From Candidatus Doudnabacteria bacterium (GTDB taxonomy: Bacteria; Patescibacteriota; Doudnabacteria; UBA920; O2-02-FULL-48-8): a DNA stretch of 64,000 bases. The stretch covers positions 601,607 to 665,606 of the forward strand of contig JBBCGO010000001.1 of assembly GCA_037200925.1 (NCBI GenBank), read 5' to 3'. Numbering within the stretch: the stretch's first letter is position 1; each line of letters begins with the position of its first letter. A model generated the notes under the pieces. The model worked only from the letters and a program-made list of their open reading frames with translations, searched no databases and was not told the DNA's origin. Below, piece after piece: positions 1 through 10,394 of this stretch. The position numbers and the translations under genes are program-made.

Positions 1-120
1 AACTTTGATCAGAATGGCAAAACTCAAAAGATAATTGGTCAACTGGGACGCCGCCTGGGAGATCCAAAGCTTAGTAAAATCGATATTCTTCAGCACATCA
101 AGATAAGATTTGAACGTCAT
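1..120 (-). CDS. MFS transporter, N-terminus only (runs off window edge)
   Basis: Manual translation from ATG at 120: MTFKSYLDVLKNIDFTKLWISQAASQLTNYLLSFAILIKV, an F..LW.SQ..S motif typical of MFS TM1; ATGA overlap with the tsaB stop. Confidence 0.65.
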   Translation of the reverse strand, partial: MTFKSYLDVLKNIDFTKLWISQAASQLTNYLLSFAILIKV

Positions 121-506
121 GATCTTTTTTTCGGCAAAGTAATATTCGGCTCCCGGCCGTATTGCGGCTGTGTCATTCTTTTGCCCTTCTGTTTTGCAAG
201 CTGCTGCCAATCGATCTTAAGGCCTGCAGAAATACTAACCACCGGGATACCCAAGCCGTAAGCCAAGGCATTCGCGGCCGCTACTGCTGTGCGGATCTTG
301 GAAAAATGACCGGGACCTGTTACCACAGCGATCTTGTCCAGGTCAGCAAATTTTATTTTTTGTTTCTTTAAGAAAGTTTGGATCTGCCCGATCAATACTT
401 CTGATAAATTATGGCTGACTTTAAAAATGTGATCTATTGTTTTGCTGTTCGAGATCAAAGTTAATTTCGCAGAATCTTGATCAGTAGTATCTATAAATAG
501 CAGCAT
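117..506 (-). CDS. tsaB: tRNA threonylcarbamoyladenosine biosynthesis protein TsaB (short form)
   Basis: LFIDT start, IAVVTGPGHFSKIR motif (GPGSFTG-like), C-terminal PQYGREPNIT. Confidence 0.85.
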   Translation of the reverse strand: MLLFIDTTDQDSAKLTLISNSKTIDHIFKVSHNLSEVLIGQIQTFLKKQKIKFADLDKIAVVTGPGHFSKIRTAVAAANALAYGLGIPVVSISAGLKIDWQQLAKQKGKRMTQPQYGREPNITLPKKRS

Positions 507-524
507 TAGAAATTAGAAATTTTT

Positions 525-1094
525 TTAAGATGCTTCCTTCCATTTCATGCTCTTTTGTTTGTCGTTGACGCGGATCAGCTTGATGACCTTATCCACCAGG
601 CGCTTCGGATCATCATCGAACACGATCCGCCTCCGGCCGCGCTCGGCCAGTTTCAAGATCCGGTCAATATCCTGTTCAATCCCCCCGGTTTTGGTCAAAA
701 CCCCGACCACCCGCTTGTCTTCAAACGCGGTGGTGAATTCATTAAGAGTGCCGATACGGCCGCAAACCACTATCACGCCGTCGGCGGATCGCGTCATCAG
801 CATGTTGCGCCCCGAATAATCAAACCCCGTATAAATGATAAGATCCATATACCGGGTCGGCAGATGATAGGTGTGAATGTGGGCCTGCTTGGAAACGGCG
901 GGCGACAGTCCGATAGAAATTCCGCCTACGGATTTCGCACCTCGGGTTGCCCATTCCGGTACGCCGACCGTGGCGCCCGTAACCAAAACGCAGCCGTGGA
1001 GCGCGACTTGCCGGCCGATCTCATAAGATTTTTTATACGCGCCTCTTGTGCAATTGTTAGTGGCAGAACCTGAAACAGCTATTTTATAATGCAT
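525..1094 (-). CDS. LOG family / TIGR00725-like nucleotide-binding protein
   Basis: LVTGAT.GVP, RN..M...AD..I...G..GTLNEF motifs. Confidence 0.8.
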   Translation of the reverse strand: MHYKIAVSGSATNNCTRGAYKKSYEIGRQVALHGCVLVTGATVGVPEWATRGAKSVGGISIGLSPAVSKQAHIHTYHLPTRYMDLIIYTGFDYSGRNMLMTRSADGVIVVCGRIGTLNEFTTAFEDKRVVGVLTKTGGIEQDIDRILKLAERGRRRIVFDDDPKRLVDKVIKLIRVNDKQKSMKWKEAS

Positions 1095-1117
1095 GAACTA
1101 AAAAATTTCTTTAGAAA

Positions 1118-2059
1118 TTAGGATTTAGTACTTAGGATTTTTTTAAGTGTTCGTCCCTGCTTATATACATTATACCAGATGGGGGAAAAAATAAGATCAA
1201 AACTGCCGGGATACTTAACTTCAAATCCGCCAAAGCCTTTTTTGAACCGGCTGATCCCGGCCCAGGCATGACTCTCTTCTTTTGCAGGCGCCACGCCGCC
1301 AAAATCATAGTGTTTGAATCCCAAATTCCGCGCGAGCCTGATCGCTTCCCAATGCAGTAAGTGCGGGGCCATGGCTTCTTTCATTTTTTGTGAAGTTCCT
1401 CCGTGCAAAAAAGTCGCGGTATCGCCAAATAAACTCAAAAGTAAGCCGGCAAGAGGCTGGCCCTTATATTCAGCGATCAGAATCTTTAAATATTTTGGCG
1501 CCAGATGGTCCCACATCTGAAAGTAATAACTTTGCGGATGCAATCTAATTTTATTGCGGTTCGCAGTTTCCAAAAGCAGCTGCCAGACCGTGATCAGATC
1601 AGCTTGAGTTCCTTCCCGCACGACCACACCTTTGCGCTGGGACAAGTTGATGTTGTAGCGGGTTTTGGGTTTCATGCCGATCAGCAATTCTTCCTCGGTT
1701 TTTTCCAGATCCAGGACCCAGTCAATTGCCGGTTGCGTATCTTTGACAGCGCGCGGCAATTTTACAGATTGCAACGGTTCAATGCGCGAAAAAATAATTG
1801 AATGGTCCTCGTCCAGTTTTTTTAGATCAACTAAAGCCGGATCAATATTGCCCAAAGGGCCTCTGGGACAATAGGCGTATTTTTTACCAAACGGCAAAGC
1901 TGTTTCAATAGCCAAGCAAGCAAAATCCTCGCCCGAAAACCTGTGGATTTTTTGTCCCAGCGATTCCTGAAATTCCCCCCATACCCAGCTTTGCAAAATC
2001 GAGCCTCCAAGCTCGATGACTTTTTCATCCCAAGCGTCTTGTGATAGCGGGGTTATCAT
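1118..2059 (-). CDS. FemAB/FemX-family peptidoglycan bridge peptidyltransferase
   Basis: LQSW.WGEFQ, YCPRGP, KTRYNI, YDFGG, FKKGFGG motifs. Confidence 0.9.
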   Translation of the reverse strand: MITPLSQDAWDEKVIELGGSILQSWVWGEFQESLGQKIHRFSGEDFACLAIETALPFGKKYAYCPRGPLGNIDPALVDLKKLDEDHSIIFSRIEPLQSVKLPRAVKDTQPAIDWVLDLEKTEEELLIGMKPKTRYNINLSQRKGVVVREGTQADLITVWQLLLETANRNKIRLHPQSYYFQMWDHLAPKYLKILIAEYKGQPLAGLLLSLFGDTATFLHGGTSQKMKEAMAPHLLHWEAIRLARNLGFKHYDFGGVAPAKEESHAWAGISRFKKGFGGFEVKYPGSFDLIFSPIWYNVYKQGRTLKKILSTKS

Positions 2060-2622
2060 TTTTGCAGAGCTTTCAGAGCCATTTTAACTTTTACTTGCAG
2101 ATTTGCAACGTCCTTAGGAACATTTTTCAGCGCATCGCGCGCTTCCTGCTGACTGTAACCTAGAGCAACAAGGGCATCCATGGCATCGGAGTGTTCGCGC
2201 GCCACCGGCATGGCAGATTTTTCGTCTTTGAGTTTTTCTTTCAACTCCACGATCACACGTTCTGCGGTTTTGCGGCCGATACCGGAAACTTTGGTGAACA
2301 CGGAAGGGTCTTCTGAAACAATGGCAGATTTAAGCATATCAATGCTGGCCAAAGACATGATCGCCAATGCTGATTTGGGGCCTACTCCCGAAACTGTGAG
2401 CAGCATTTCAAAAAATTCCAATTCCGAAAAAGTTTGAAAGCCGTATAAAGTGATCTGATCTTCCCTCACATACGTATGAATGACCAGACTCAGTTCCTGG
2501 TTCAGCTTAAATGGCACCAGCAGCACGGGCGGAACAAAAACTTTATATCCCACACCCGCGGTTTCGAGGATAATATAGTTTGCTGATTTATGAGTAATTT
2601 TACCTTTGAGTGAACCGATCAT
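2056..2622 (-). CDS. ruvA: Holliday junction branch migration protein RuvA
   Basis: MIGSLKG, YVRED..LYGF, VSGVGPKSAL, GIGRKTAER, ALVALGY. Confidence 0.97.
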   Translation of the reverse strand: MIGSLKGKITHKSANYIILETAGVGYKVFVPPVLLVPFKLNQELSLVIHTYVREDQITLYGFQTFSELEFFEMLLTVSGVGPKSALAIMSLASIDMLKSAIVSEDPSVFTKVSGIGRKTAERVIVELKEKLKDEKSAMPVAREHSDAMDALVALGYSQQEARDALKNVPKDVANLQVKVKMALKALQK

Positions 2623-2701
2623 GTCTTGATTATATCGTATATGTTAGCATTGACAAAGTTCCGAAAAGTAAGTTAATTTACAACTGAAGATCCAGAAGTT
2701 T

Positions 2702-3094
2702 ATGGAGGAAGTTATGTTGGATTGGCATACTTCGGACCAAAACCGGCTTTTCTACACGCTCTATACGCTTGTATGTTTAGCAAGCACTTTACTGATCAAA
2801 TCCGGAGGGCCGGGTGGAAAATCCAGGAGTTCAGACGACTGGTGGGGAATCATTTGCGGCCTGATTTACACTACAGGATGGTTGGCGATGCCGGCCATCA
2901 TGAATATCAAAGGAGTAGGAGAATTTCTGGCTGGTTTGTTTTTGGTATCGTGCGCATTAGTTCTGCCTGGCCTATTATTTATAGCACTCAGCTTCACTCT
3001 TCTTGCTTTTTGGATCTGTCCATTCGCTGTCGTTTATAATCTCCTTCGAAAACCGGAGCAATGGCACTGCAATCCATTCGATTGGGTTATATAG
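2702..3094 (+). CDS. hypothetical membrane protein
   Basis: 130-aa ORF with about 3 hydrophobic segments; TTGACA upstream at ~2651; hairpin plus U-run downstream. Confidence 0.55.
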   Translation: MEEVMLDWHTSDQNRLFYTLYTLVCLASTLLIKSGGPGGKSRSSDDWWGIICGLIYTTGWLAMPAIMNIKGVGEFLAGLFLVSCALVLPGLLFIALSFTLLAFWICPFAVVYNLLRKPEQWHCNPFDWVI

Positions 3095-3170
3095 AACCCT
3101 GACCTGCCGTGCCACTGGCGCTGCCGGTTTTTTTTTGCCAAAAAAAAGAAGCCGAACTGCGAAGTTCGAC

Positions 3171-3998
3171 TCATTTGGTTTTCCGCCTCGGGGTTATAGA
3201 CAATCCGATCATATCGACCTGCGTCTGGATTTCCGGCATCCAGACCTTGATAATATTGACGTGGGCTCTGCCTGGAATTTTGAAATAGGGAATTTCAAAA
3301 TCAAACAGCCTGATCGCAAACCCCCAATCATATCCGATCGTGATGATTTGCTTCCCGTCCCAGTTGGGTACTCTAACTGCGAGGACTCCCGGGAAAGCGT
3401 ACATCTGCCACCTGCCATGTATATCAATCGTCATGTGAAGCCCTGCCAAGCCATAGGCTCTGGGGCTGGGCTGGGCTTGCATGTTTGTTCCAAGACCGGC
3501 CACGTGAAGGTGCTCGTAGAGAACGGTCTTGACCGTTCGCTCGTTTTGAATGCTGGTTGCCGACATCTGCCGCCGGATCCGCTGGACGACATACCCGTCT
3601 TTCCAGTCAGAGAAAAGTTTGCAGGCTTCAGCGAGCAGATCATCAGCGGCCAGCAATCCCTCCGACTCGACGCATGCTGACTCTAGCCAGTCAGGAGGCA
3701 AAGGCTCGATCCGACGAGGCGATTTGTAGCTGAACAAATCCGGCTCATCTTTCCAAAATGGATACGGAAACGGATACAACACCCACTGGGGTCTATCGAG
3801 CCATTCCGCAGCCCACTTCTGCCAGGCTTTGTACTCCTTAATCCAGGGCTGCGGATCAGGCAATGGCGGCGCTGGAATGTCCAGTCTTAGGTCCTGGGGC
3901 AGGATCGACCGGGATGGCAATAAATCATCCGAGCCTTGCGCCAGCAATATGGCACTTTTGAGCAGTAAACAGGCCAAAACAAGCGTTACGAGGCGCAT
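3171..3998 (-). CDS. hypothetical secreted protein (W/P-rich N-half, beta-strand-rich C-half)
   Basis: Signal-peptide-like N-terminus, AAAGGTGG SD-like sequence upstream, 275-aa ORF. Confidence 0.65.
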   Translation of the reverse strand: MRLVTLVLACLLLKSAILLAQGSDDLLPSRSILPQDLRLDIPAPPLPDPQPWIKEYKAWQKWAAEWLDRPQWVLYPFPYPFWKDEPDLFSYKSPRRIEPLPPDWLESACVESEGLLAADDLLAEACKLFSDWKDGYVVQRIRRQMSATSIQNERTVKTVLYEHLHVAGLGTNMQAQPSPRAYGLAGLHMTIDIHGRWQMYAFPGVLAVRVPNWDGKQIITIGYDWGFAIRLFDFEIPYFKIPGRAHVNIIKVWMPEIQTQVDMIGLSITPRRKTK

Positions 3999-4072
3999 AG
4001 GTCCACCTTTTCCTTTGACGTATCTTAAACCCTATACAGGTTATTGCCAAGTCTGCTAAAATGAAGATTGCT

Positions 4073-6069
4073 ATGAAATTCCAGCTTCAATCCGAATTCA
4101 AACCGGCTGGCGATCAGCCGCAGGCAATAGAAAAACTGATCAAAGGCCTGGAAAAAAAATACCGCTACCAAACCCTGCTTGGCGTCACCGGCTCAGGCAA
4201 GACTTTTACCATGGCCAATGTCATCCAAAAGATCCAGAAACCGACTCTGATCATTTCCCATAATAAAACTTTGGCAGCGCAACTGGCGAGCGAGTTCCAG
4301 GATTTCTTTCCGGAAAACGCCGTGCATTACTTTGTCTCTTACTATGATTACTACCAGCCGGAAGCTTACATCCCCCGCTCTGATACTTACATTGAAAAGG
4401 AGACCGAGATCAATGAAGAAATAGATAAATTGAGAAACGCGGCCACGCAAAGTCTGTTGTCGCGCAAAGACGTGCTCATCGTCGCGTCCGTATCTTGCAT
4501 TTACGGCTTGGGCAATCCGGCCAATTATCTGGAGCTGTCCATGCCCATCAAAACCGGGGAAACTTTTAAGCGCGATAAGTTCCTGCGGCGCCTGACGGAC
4601 CTGCAATTCATGCGCAACGACGTCAACCTGACCCGCGGCACGTTCCGCGTCCGCGGCGATGTGGTGGAACTCATCCCGGCTTCCGCGGACAAGATCCTGC
4701 GCCTGAATTTCAATGGCGACGAGATAGAAAAGATCTCGGAGCATGATCCACTCACCGGCCAGGATTTCGGGGTTCATGAGGAAATAACTATTTTCCCAGC
4801 CAAGCATTTCGTCACGCCCAAAGAAAAATTATTCGCAGCCATCGGCAACATTCGCAATGAACTGGCCGATCAGGTCAAATTTTTCAAATCCCAGGATAAA
4901 CTTGTTGAAGCCCAGAGAATTGAACAGCGCACCAATTTTGACATTGAAATGATGCTTGAAACGGGCTTTGTGGCAGGCATTGAAAACTACTCCAGGCAAC
5001 TGGATTTCCGCAAACCCGGCGAGCCGCCGTCCACGCTGCTGGATTATTTCCCGGATGATTTTTTGCTGTTCATTGACGAGTCGCATATTACCGTTCCCCA
5101 GATCGGCAGCATGTACCTCGGGGATCAGTCGCGGAAAAAAAACCCTCATCGATTACGGCTTCCGTCTGCCGTCTGCCGCTGATAACAGGCCTTTGCAATT
5201 TGAAGAGTTTGAGAAAAGGATCGGCCAGACCATCTTTGTTTCCGCAACACCGAACAAAGAGCGGGAATTGGCTGTTTCCAAGCAAGTGGCCGAGCAGCTC
5301 ATCCGGCCGACCGGACTTTTGGACCCGGAAATAGAGATCCGCCCGACGAAAAACCAGATCGACGACCTTATGGAAGAGATCCAAAAAAGAGTTAAACAAA
5401 AACAGCGCGTACTGGTAACGACATTGACCAAAAATATGGCGGAAGAACTGTCCAACTATTTGGTTGAATACGGCATCCGCGGACAATATCTGCATGCGGA
5501 CATTGAAACCCTGGAGCGGCTGGAGATCCTGCGCGACCTGCGCTTGGGAGTTTATGATGTGGTCGTGGGCATCAATCTTTTGCGTGAAGGATTGGACCTG
5601 CCGGAAGTTTCCCTGGTCGCCATCCTGGATGCGGACAAGGAAGGCTACTTGCGTTCAGAAACTTCGCTCATCCAAACCATGGGCCGGGCCGCCAGGCACG
5701 TGGATGGCCACGTCATTATGTATGCGGACAAGATCACCGGCTCCATGCAGCGCGCCATGGATGAAGTAACCCGCCGCCGGAAGATCCAGCAAGACTACAA
5801 TAAAGAACACGGCATCACTCCTGCCGGGATCATCAAAGGCATCAAAGAAACGCGCCTGGCCGGCATGAAAGTCGCGGAAGAAAAAACAGTCGGACGAGAT
5901 GGATCTGAGCAAAATGAGCAAGCAGGATATCGCCTATGCCATTGAAGAACTGCGGGACCAGATGGACTTGGCTGCGCGCAACCTGGATTTTGAAAAAGCC
6001 GCGTCTCTTCGCGACCGCATCACCGCCATCCGCGCCAAAACGCGGATGAAAAAACATAAATTCAAATAA
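4073..6069 (+). CDS. uvrB: excinuclease ABC subunit B (two apparent indels, ~5140 and ~5885)
   Basis: [40 protein letters not shown]; C-terminal UVR domain [11 protein letters not shown] in a third frame. Confidence 0.95.
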
Positions 6070-6090
6070 CCCGCCTTATTGGAGGCGTCC

Positions 6091-6285
6091 ATGGCAAAAA
6101 AGAAATGCACTGATCCGGAAGCTGCTAAACTTTTGGGAGCTTATTTGCTAGAAGACAATGTGCTGACAAAACGGCAACTCGCGAAATTCGAAAAGCATGT
6201 ACTCGAATGTGAAGCTTGTTGGGCAAAAATCAAACGGCATCAGCAAAGGGAGGATCGAACGCCGAAAGACAAAGATCAGCCTTGA
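6091..6285 (+). CDS. small zf-HC2 (anti-sigma-like zinc finger) protein
   Basis: LLGAYL...FEKHVLECEAC (HxxxCxxC); GGAGG SD upstream; terminator hairpin at 6278-6306. Confidence 0.6.
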   Translation: MAKKKCTDPEAAKLLGAYLLEDNVLTKRQLAKFEKHVLECEACWAKIKRHQQREDRTPKDKDQP

Positions 6286-6369
6286 TGCGCATCAAGGCTC
6301 TTTTTATTGTCTTGAACAAACTCCAATTACCTGCTATTATCCAAAAGCTTATTACTAATCCCACCTCGT

Positions 6370-6633
6370 ATGCCCAACACTAAATCAGCGATCAAAGCCG
6401 CCAGACAGAATATAAAACGCCGCATCAATAACCTCAAATCCTTGGAAGTCGTCCGGAAAACGGGCAAGGCGGTCAAGAAATTTGTAGCGGCTGCCGATAA
6501 ATCCGAAGCCCATAAAGCTTTATCCGCCGCCTTTGCCGCCCTGGACAAAGCTGCCAAGAAAAACATCATTCACAAGAACAACGCCAACCGGCATAAATCA
6601 AGGTTATCGGCCATGGTGGCGAAAATGAAATAG
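6370..6633 (+). CDS. rpsT: 30S ribosomal protein S20
   Basis: MPNTKSAIK...LDKAAKKNIIHKNNANRHKSRL. Confidence 0.97.
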   Translation: MPNTKSAIKAARQNIKRRINNLKSLEVVRKTGKAVKKFVAAADKSEAHKALSAAFAALDKAAKKNIIHKNNANRHKSRLSAMVAKMK

Positions 6634-6679
6634 TACCCAAGCATGCTCAGTAGCAAGAACCGCCTCGTCGGCGGTTTTT

Positions 6680-7144
6680 TTATACTTCCCTTAGATCAAA
6701 CTTTTCAAAGCCGGTGTTGTCATCATTGAAATAAAATTCTCCTTCCAGTTTTTGGCCTGCCAAAACCTTTGGCAGCCAATATTTATCGTCCGGCCACATT
6801 TGATCATATGGTATTTCCTTGAACTTGAACCATTGCGGTTTCATTTCCTCGGTTTCAACAGGCTCGCTAGTCCATTTCCTAGCAACAAAGATGCTGACTT
6901 CCTGGTCCCATTCTTTCTTGGTCTTAAAATAAAACTCCAGACAAGCAACTTTTGTCAGATCAGCAGATTCTACTGTCACGCCGATCTCTTCCTGCATTTC
7001 GCGCAGCGCGGTTTGTTCGATATTTTCACCATCCAAAGGCTTGCCCCCGTAACCATTCCACTTACCCGCCCCAAATCCGCGCTTTTTCATGGCCAAGAGA
7101 ATTTCATCATCTCTAACCAATAAACAAAGCGTGGACTGCCGCAT
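6680..7144 (-). CDS. NUDIX hydrolase, 8-oxo-dGTP diphosphatase (MTH1-like)
   Basis: KKRGFGAGKWNGYGGK, ALREMQEE Nudix box, MWPDD. Confidence 0.9.
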   Translation of the reverse strand: MRQSTLCLLVRDDEILLAMKKRGFGAGKWNGYGGKPLDGENIEQTALREMQEEIGVTVESADLTKVACLEFYFKTKKEWDQEVSIFVARKWTSEPVETEEMKPQWFKFKEIPYDQMWPDDKYWLPKVLAGQKLEGEFYFNDDNTGFEKFDLREV

Positions 7145-7145
7145 G

Positions 7146-9431
7146 CTAGATCTTTATCTTCTCCATCTCCGACCAGTTGTCGCCGGATTTGGCATGGACC
7201 TCGATCGGGACTTTGAGCTTATAGACATTCTCCATGATATTTTTGATATATTTGGCCTGCTGTTCAGCTTTATTTTTCTCGGTCTCAAACACCAATTCAT
7301 CGTGAACTGATAATAGCATTTGCGCATCCGGGTGTTTTTTATCAATTTCTATCATGGCCATTTTGATTATGTCCGCGGCCAGGGATTGCAGAGGCATATT
7401 GAAAGCCTGCCGCTCTGCGGCTCCCCGCACCGCAAAGTTTGAGGCGTTGATCTCCGGCAAATACCTGATACGGCCCAGAGAATTTGTAATAAATCCCTGC
7501 TTGCGGGTTTTTTCGATCGTGCCGTCAATATATTTTTTGAGTTTTTTGAAAACTTCAAAGTATTGTTTAATGTGCTCGCCGGCTTCAGCGCGGCTCATGT
7601 CGGATCGTGACGAAAGTCCGAATGCTGATACTCCGTACAAGACACTAAAGTTAATGGTTTTCGCATCGCGGCGCTGATTAGGCGTTACCTTGTCTTCCGG
7701 AACATTAAAAATTCTGGCTGCGGTGGCGGTGTGAAAATCCCCGCCTGATTTGAAGATCTTGATCATCTCCGGATCTTCGGAAAGAGAGGCTGCAATGCGC
7801 AATTCGATCTGCGAATAATCCAGCGACAGCAACACTTTTCCTTTTTCCGCGATAAAAGCTTTCCGCACTTCGTTCCCCAGATCCGTACGGATAGGGATGT
7901 TCTGCAAATTAGGATTAATTGAAGACAATCTCCCGGTCGCGGCAATGGTCTGGCTGTAAGTTGTATGGATGCGGCCGTCTGCTTTGGATACAAGCAATGG
8001 CAACGCATCGACGTAAGTGGATTTTAATTTTGTCAGTTCGCGGTATTCAAAGATCAGCTCAATGATCGGATGAAGCTTGCGCATTTTTTCCAGCTCGTTG
8101 GCGGCCGTGGACATGCCGCCGGATTTTTTGTTCTTCTTGATGTTTTCCGTCGGGATCTGCAATGTTTCAAATAATACTTCCTGCAATTGCTTGGGAGAAG
8201 AAATATTGAACTCGCCTCCGGCGTGCTTATGAATTTCTTTTTCTAGCTGTTTAATGCGTTTATCAAGCTGCTTGGATAGATCCGAAAGCCAGACCAGATC
8301 TATTTTAATGCCCCGCTTCTGCATATTTTTAAGCACAGATATCAGAGGCACTTCAATATCCTGGAAAATTTTCAGGACATTTTTTTCTTTTAACTCGGTC
8401 GCCAAATCAGCCCAATCACCAACTTCATAACTGCGCTGGCCCGGATTACACAAATATGCGGCGATCAAGGCTTCTTCAGCCGTTTTGATCACAGCATTTG
8501 GTTTGCCCGGAATAACCGGAGCTGCGACCAATTCTGCCTGCGAACCTTTGGAAACTTTGGGCAGGCGGGCATTCAAAGCCTTGATTCCGAGACTGTTCAA
8601 AAGCCGGACGACTTTCGTTTGATCGTAATCGCCAAGCTTGGTTTTCTCAAAATCAAAATTCAGCTCGCCTTTTTGGTCTATGAAAGCCAGTTTATACGAC
8701 AAGTACGCTTTAGCCTTGCCGTCGATCAATTTTTGCAGAGTCCCGGCTTTGATCTTTTTTGCTTTGTTTTTCCACGGCTTCGTACACGCCATCCAAACTG
8801 CCAAATTGCTTGATGAGTTCTAACGCTCCTTTCTCTCCGATCCCCGGCACTCCCGGAATATTGTCGGAGGTATCTCCACGAATAGCTTTGTAATCCACCC
8901 ATTGCGACGGATGCAGGCCCGTGACCTCAACCATCTTATCAATATCAAAGATCTGAATATCTGAAAATCCGGTTTTGAACCGGTAAACTTGAGTATGATT
9001 ATCTATCAGCTGCAGCAGGTCCATGTCTCCGGTGACAATGATATTCAGAACATCTTTCGGGGTTTTATGAGCAATGATCCCTAGCAGGTCGTCAGCTTCA
9101 AATCCCTCTTTTTCATAAATAGGAATATCCAAAGCCGTCAAAATCTCTTTGATCTTCGGCAATTGCACCAACAACTCATCAGGTGCGGCTTTCCGCGTGG
9201 CTTTATAATCGGTTGTGAGTTTGTCGCGGAAAGTCGGCCCCTTCACGTCAAAAGTAACCAGAGTATGAGATGGTTTAATATCTTCCAATGCTTTAAAGAA
9301 CATGGAAAAAAATCCGAAAATGGCGCCGGTGGAAATCCGTCCTTGTTCGACATCGCCGGCAGAGCGTGGAAGGCGCGATGAAACAGCGCATGCCCGTCGA
9401 TCAATAAAAGTTTTCGTTTGGATTCAGCCAT
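7146..9431 (-). CDS. polA: DNA polymerase I (5'-3' exonuclease + polymerase; two apparent indels, ~9330 and ~8757)
   Basis: LLLIDGHALFHRAFHA, EADD, GDTSDNIPGVPGIG, TGRLSSINPNLQNIP, DYSQIELR, VHDELV spread across three frames. Confidence 0.95.
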
Positions 9432-9537
9432 AAAAGTATGGTAATCATACCAAAAAACCGCCTTCCTGTCCGACGCTTATTTTTTAGACGTTATAATTAT
9501 ACTAAGATGCAAATTTGATTTGTTTGCAGGAGGAATA

Positions 9538-10122
9538 ATGCCAAGGACAAAGAAACCTGCTGATTTGCCCATGCTCGAACCTGAGGATGCGGCAATTGTC
9601 GTGGGCTATGATCTGGATGAGATGGTGCGCCAGCGCTACTGCGAATGGTGCCTGTTCTGGGATTTTAACCAAGCTTTGGAAACCAGCATCTTTCCAGAGT
9701 CCGCAAGATTAGTGCTGATCAACGCTGCGCTGGGTTCGTCAGGCGAGAAGCTGAAGAACATTTTCGAACAGAAGGGTCTTAAGGTACAGGTCGTATCAAG
9801 CGGAGTGCCCGCCATCCAATCCCTCATGGAAAAATTATTCGGGCCAAACATCAGTAAGGGCAACCGTGGGCCATTTATGCGACGAGTTATTGCTGAACCC
9901 GAACCTGATGCGGAGCTCGTACCCATAGAAGCGATGAAACGCGAACCTACCAGGCCTGCTCCAGATATTAAGAATTCTGGACAGGGCCTGCCCGTCAAGT
10001 CAAAAGACAATGCTGGCGACCTCGAAACGGTAACTCACTCGGATGAGGAATGGCAAGAGCGGCTCGGAGATGCTTTGACAGCACAAAAAAATGTTGAAAA
10101 AACATCTGACCAAGATAAGTAA
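9538..10122 (+). CDS. hypothetical protein
   Basis: AGGAGG SD before ATG at 9538, ~194-aa ORF, TATAAT upstream. Confidence 0.6.
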   Translation: MPRTKKPADLPMLEPEDAAIVVGYDLDEMVRQRYCEWCLFWDFNQALETSIFPESARLVLINAALGSSGEKLKNIFEQKGLKVQVVSSGVPAIQSLMEKLFGPNISKGNRGPFMRRVIAEPEPDAELVPIEAMKREPTRPAPDIKNSGQGLPVKSKDNAGDLETVTHSDEEWQERLGDALTAQKNVEKTSDQDK

Positions 10123-10137
10123 TTTGTCTTGGTTTTT

Positions 10138-10380
10138 TTATGCTCGGCGTTTTCCGCTCTGTTCCCGCCTGCGGGTTTCGTCATCCCGGCGCTTTTGGTC
10201 AGCATCCCTTCTGGCCTTGTCTTCTTCCTGTCTTTTGCGGCTTTGCAGATCCGCGATCTTTCTTTTATCCTGTACGATTTTCGGTTCTAGCCTGCGGACA
10301 TCGTCTTGCGCACGCTTAAGATCTGTTTCGTCTTTTCGAAGCTCATCCTCCTGCCAGCGGAGCTCGCTGTTGGTATCCAT
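10138..10380 (-). CDS. hypothetical small coiled-coil protein
   Basis: 80-aa highly charged ORF directly downstream of the GspE/PilB gene. Confidence 0.55.
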   Translation of the reverse strand: MDTNSELRWQEDELRKDETDLKRAQDDVRRLEPKIVQDKRKIADLQSRKRQEEDKARRDADQKRRDDETRRREQSGKRRA

Positions 10381-10394
10381 AAATTTATTATTAT

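Noticed and set aside
3003-3680. 225-aa plus-strand ORF and other long antisense ORFs in the track
   Set aside because: They overlap better-supported genes on the opposite strand and show no recognisable motifs.
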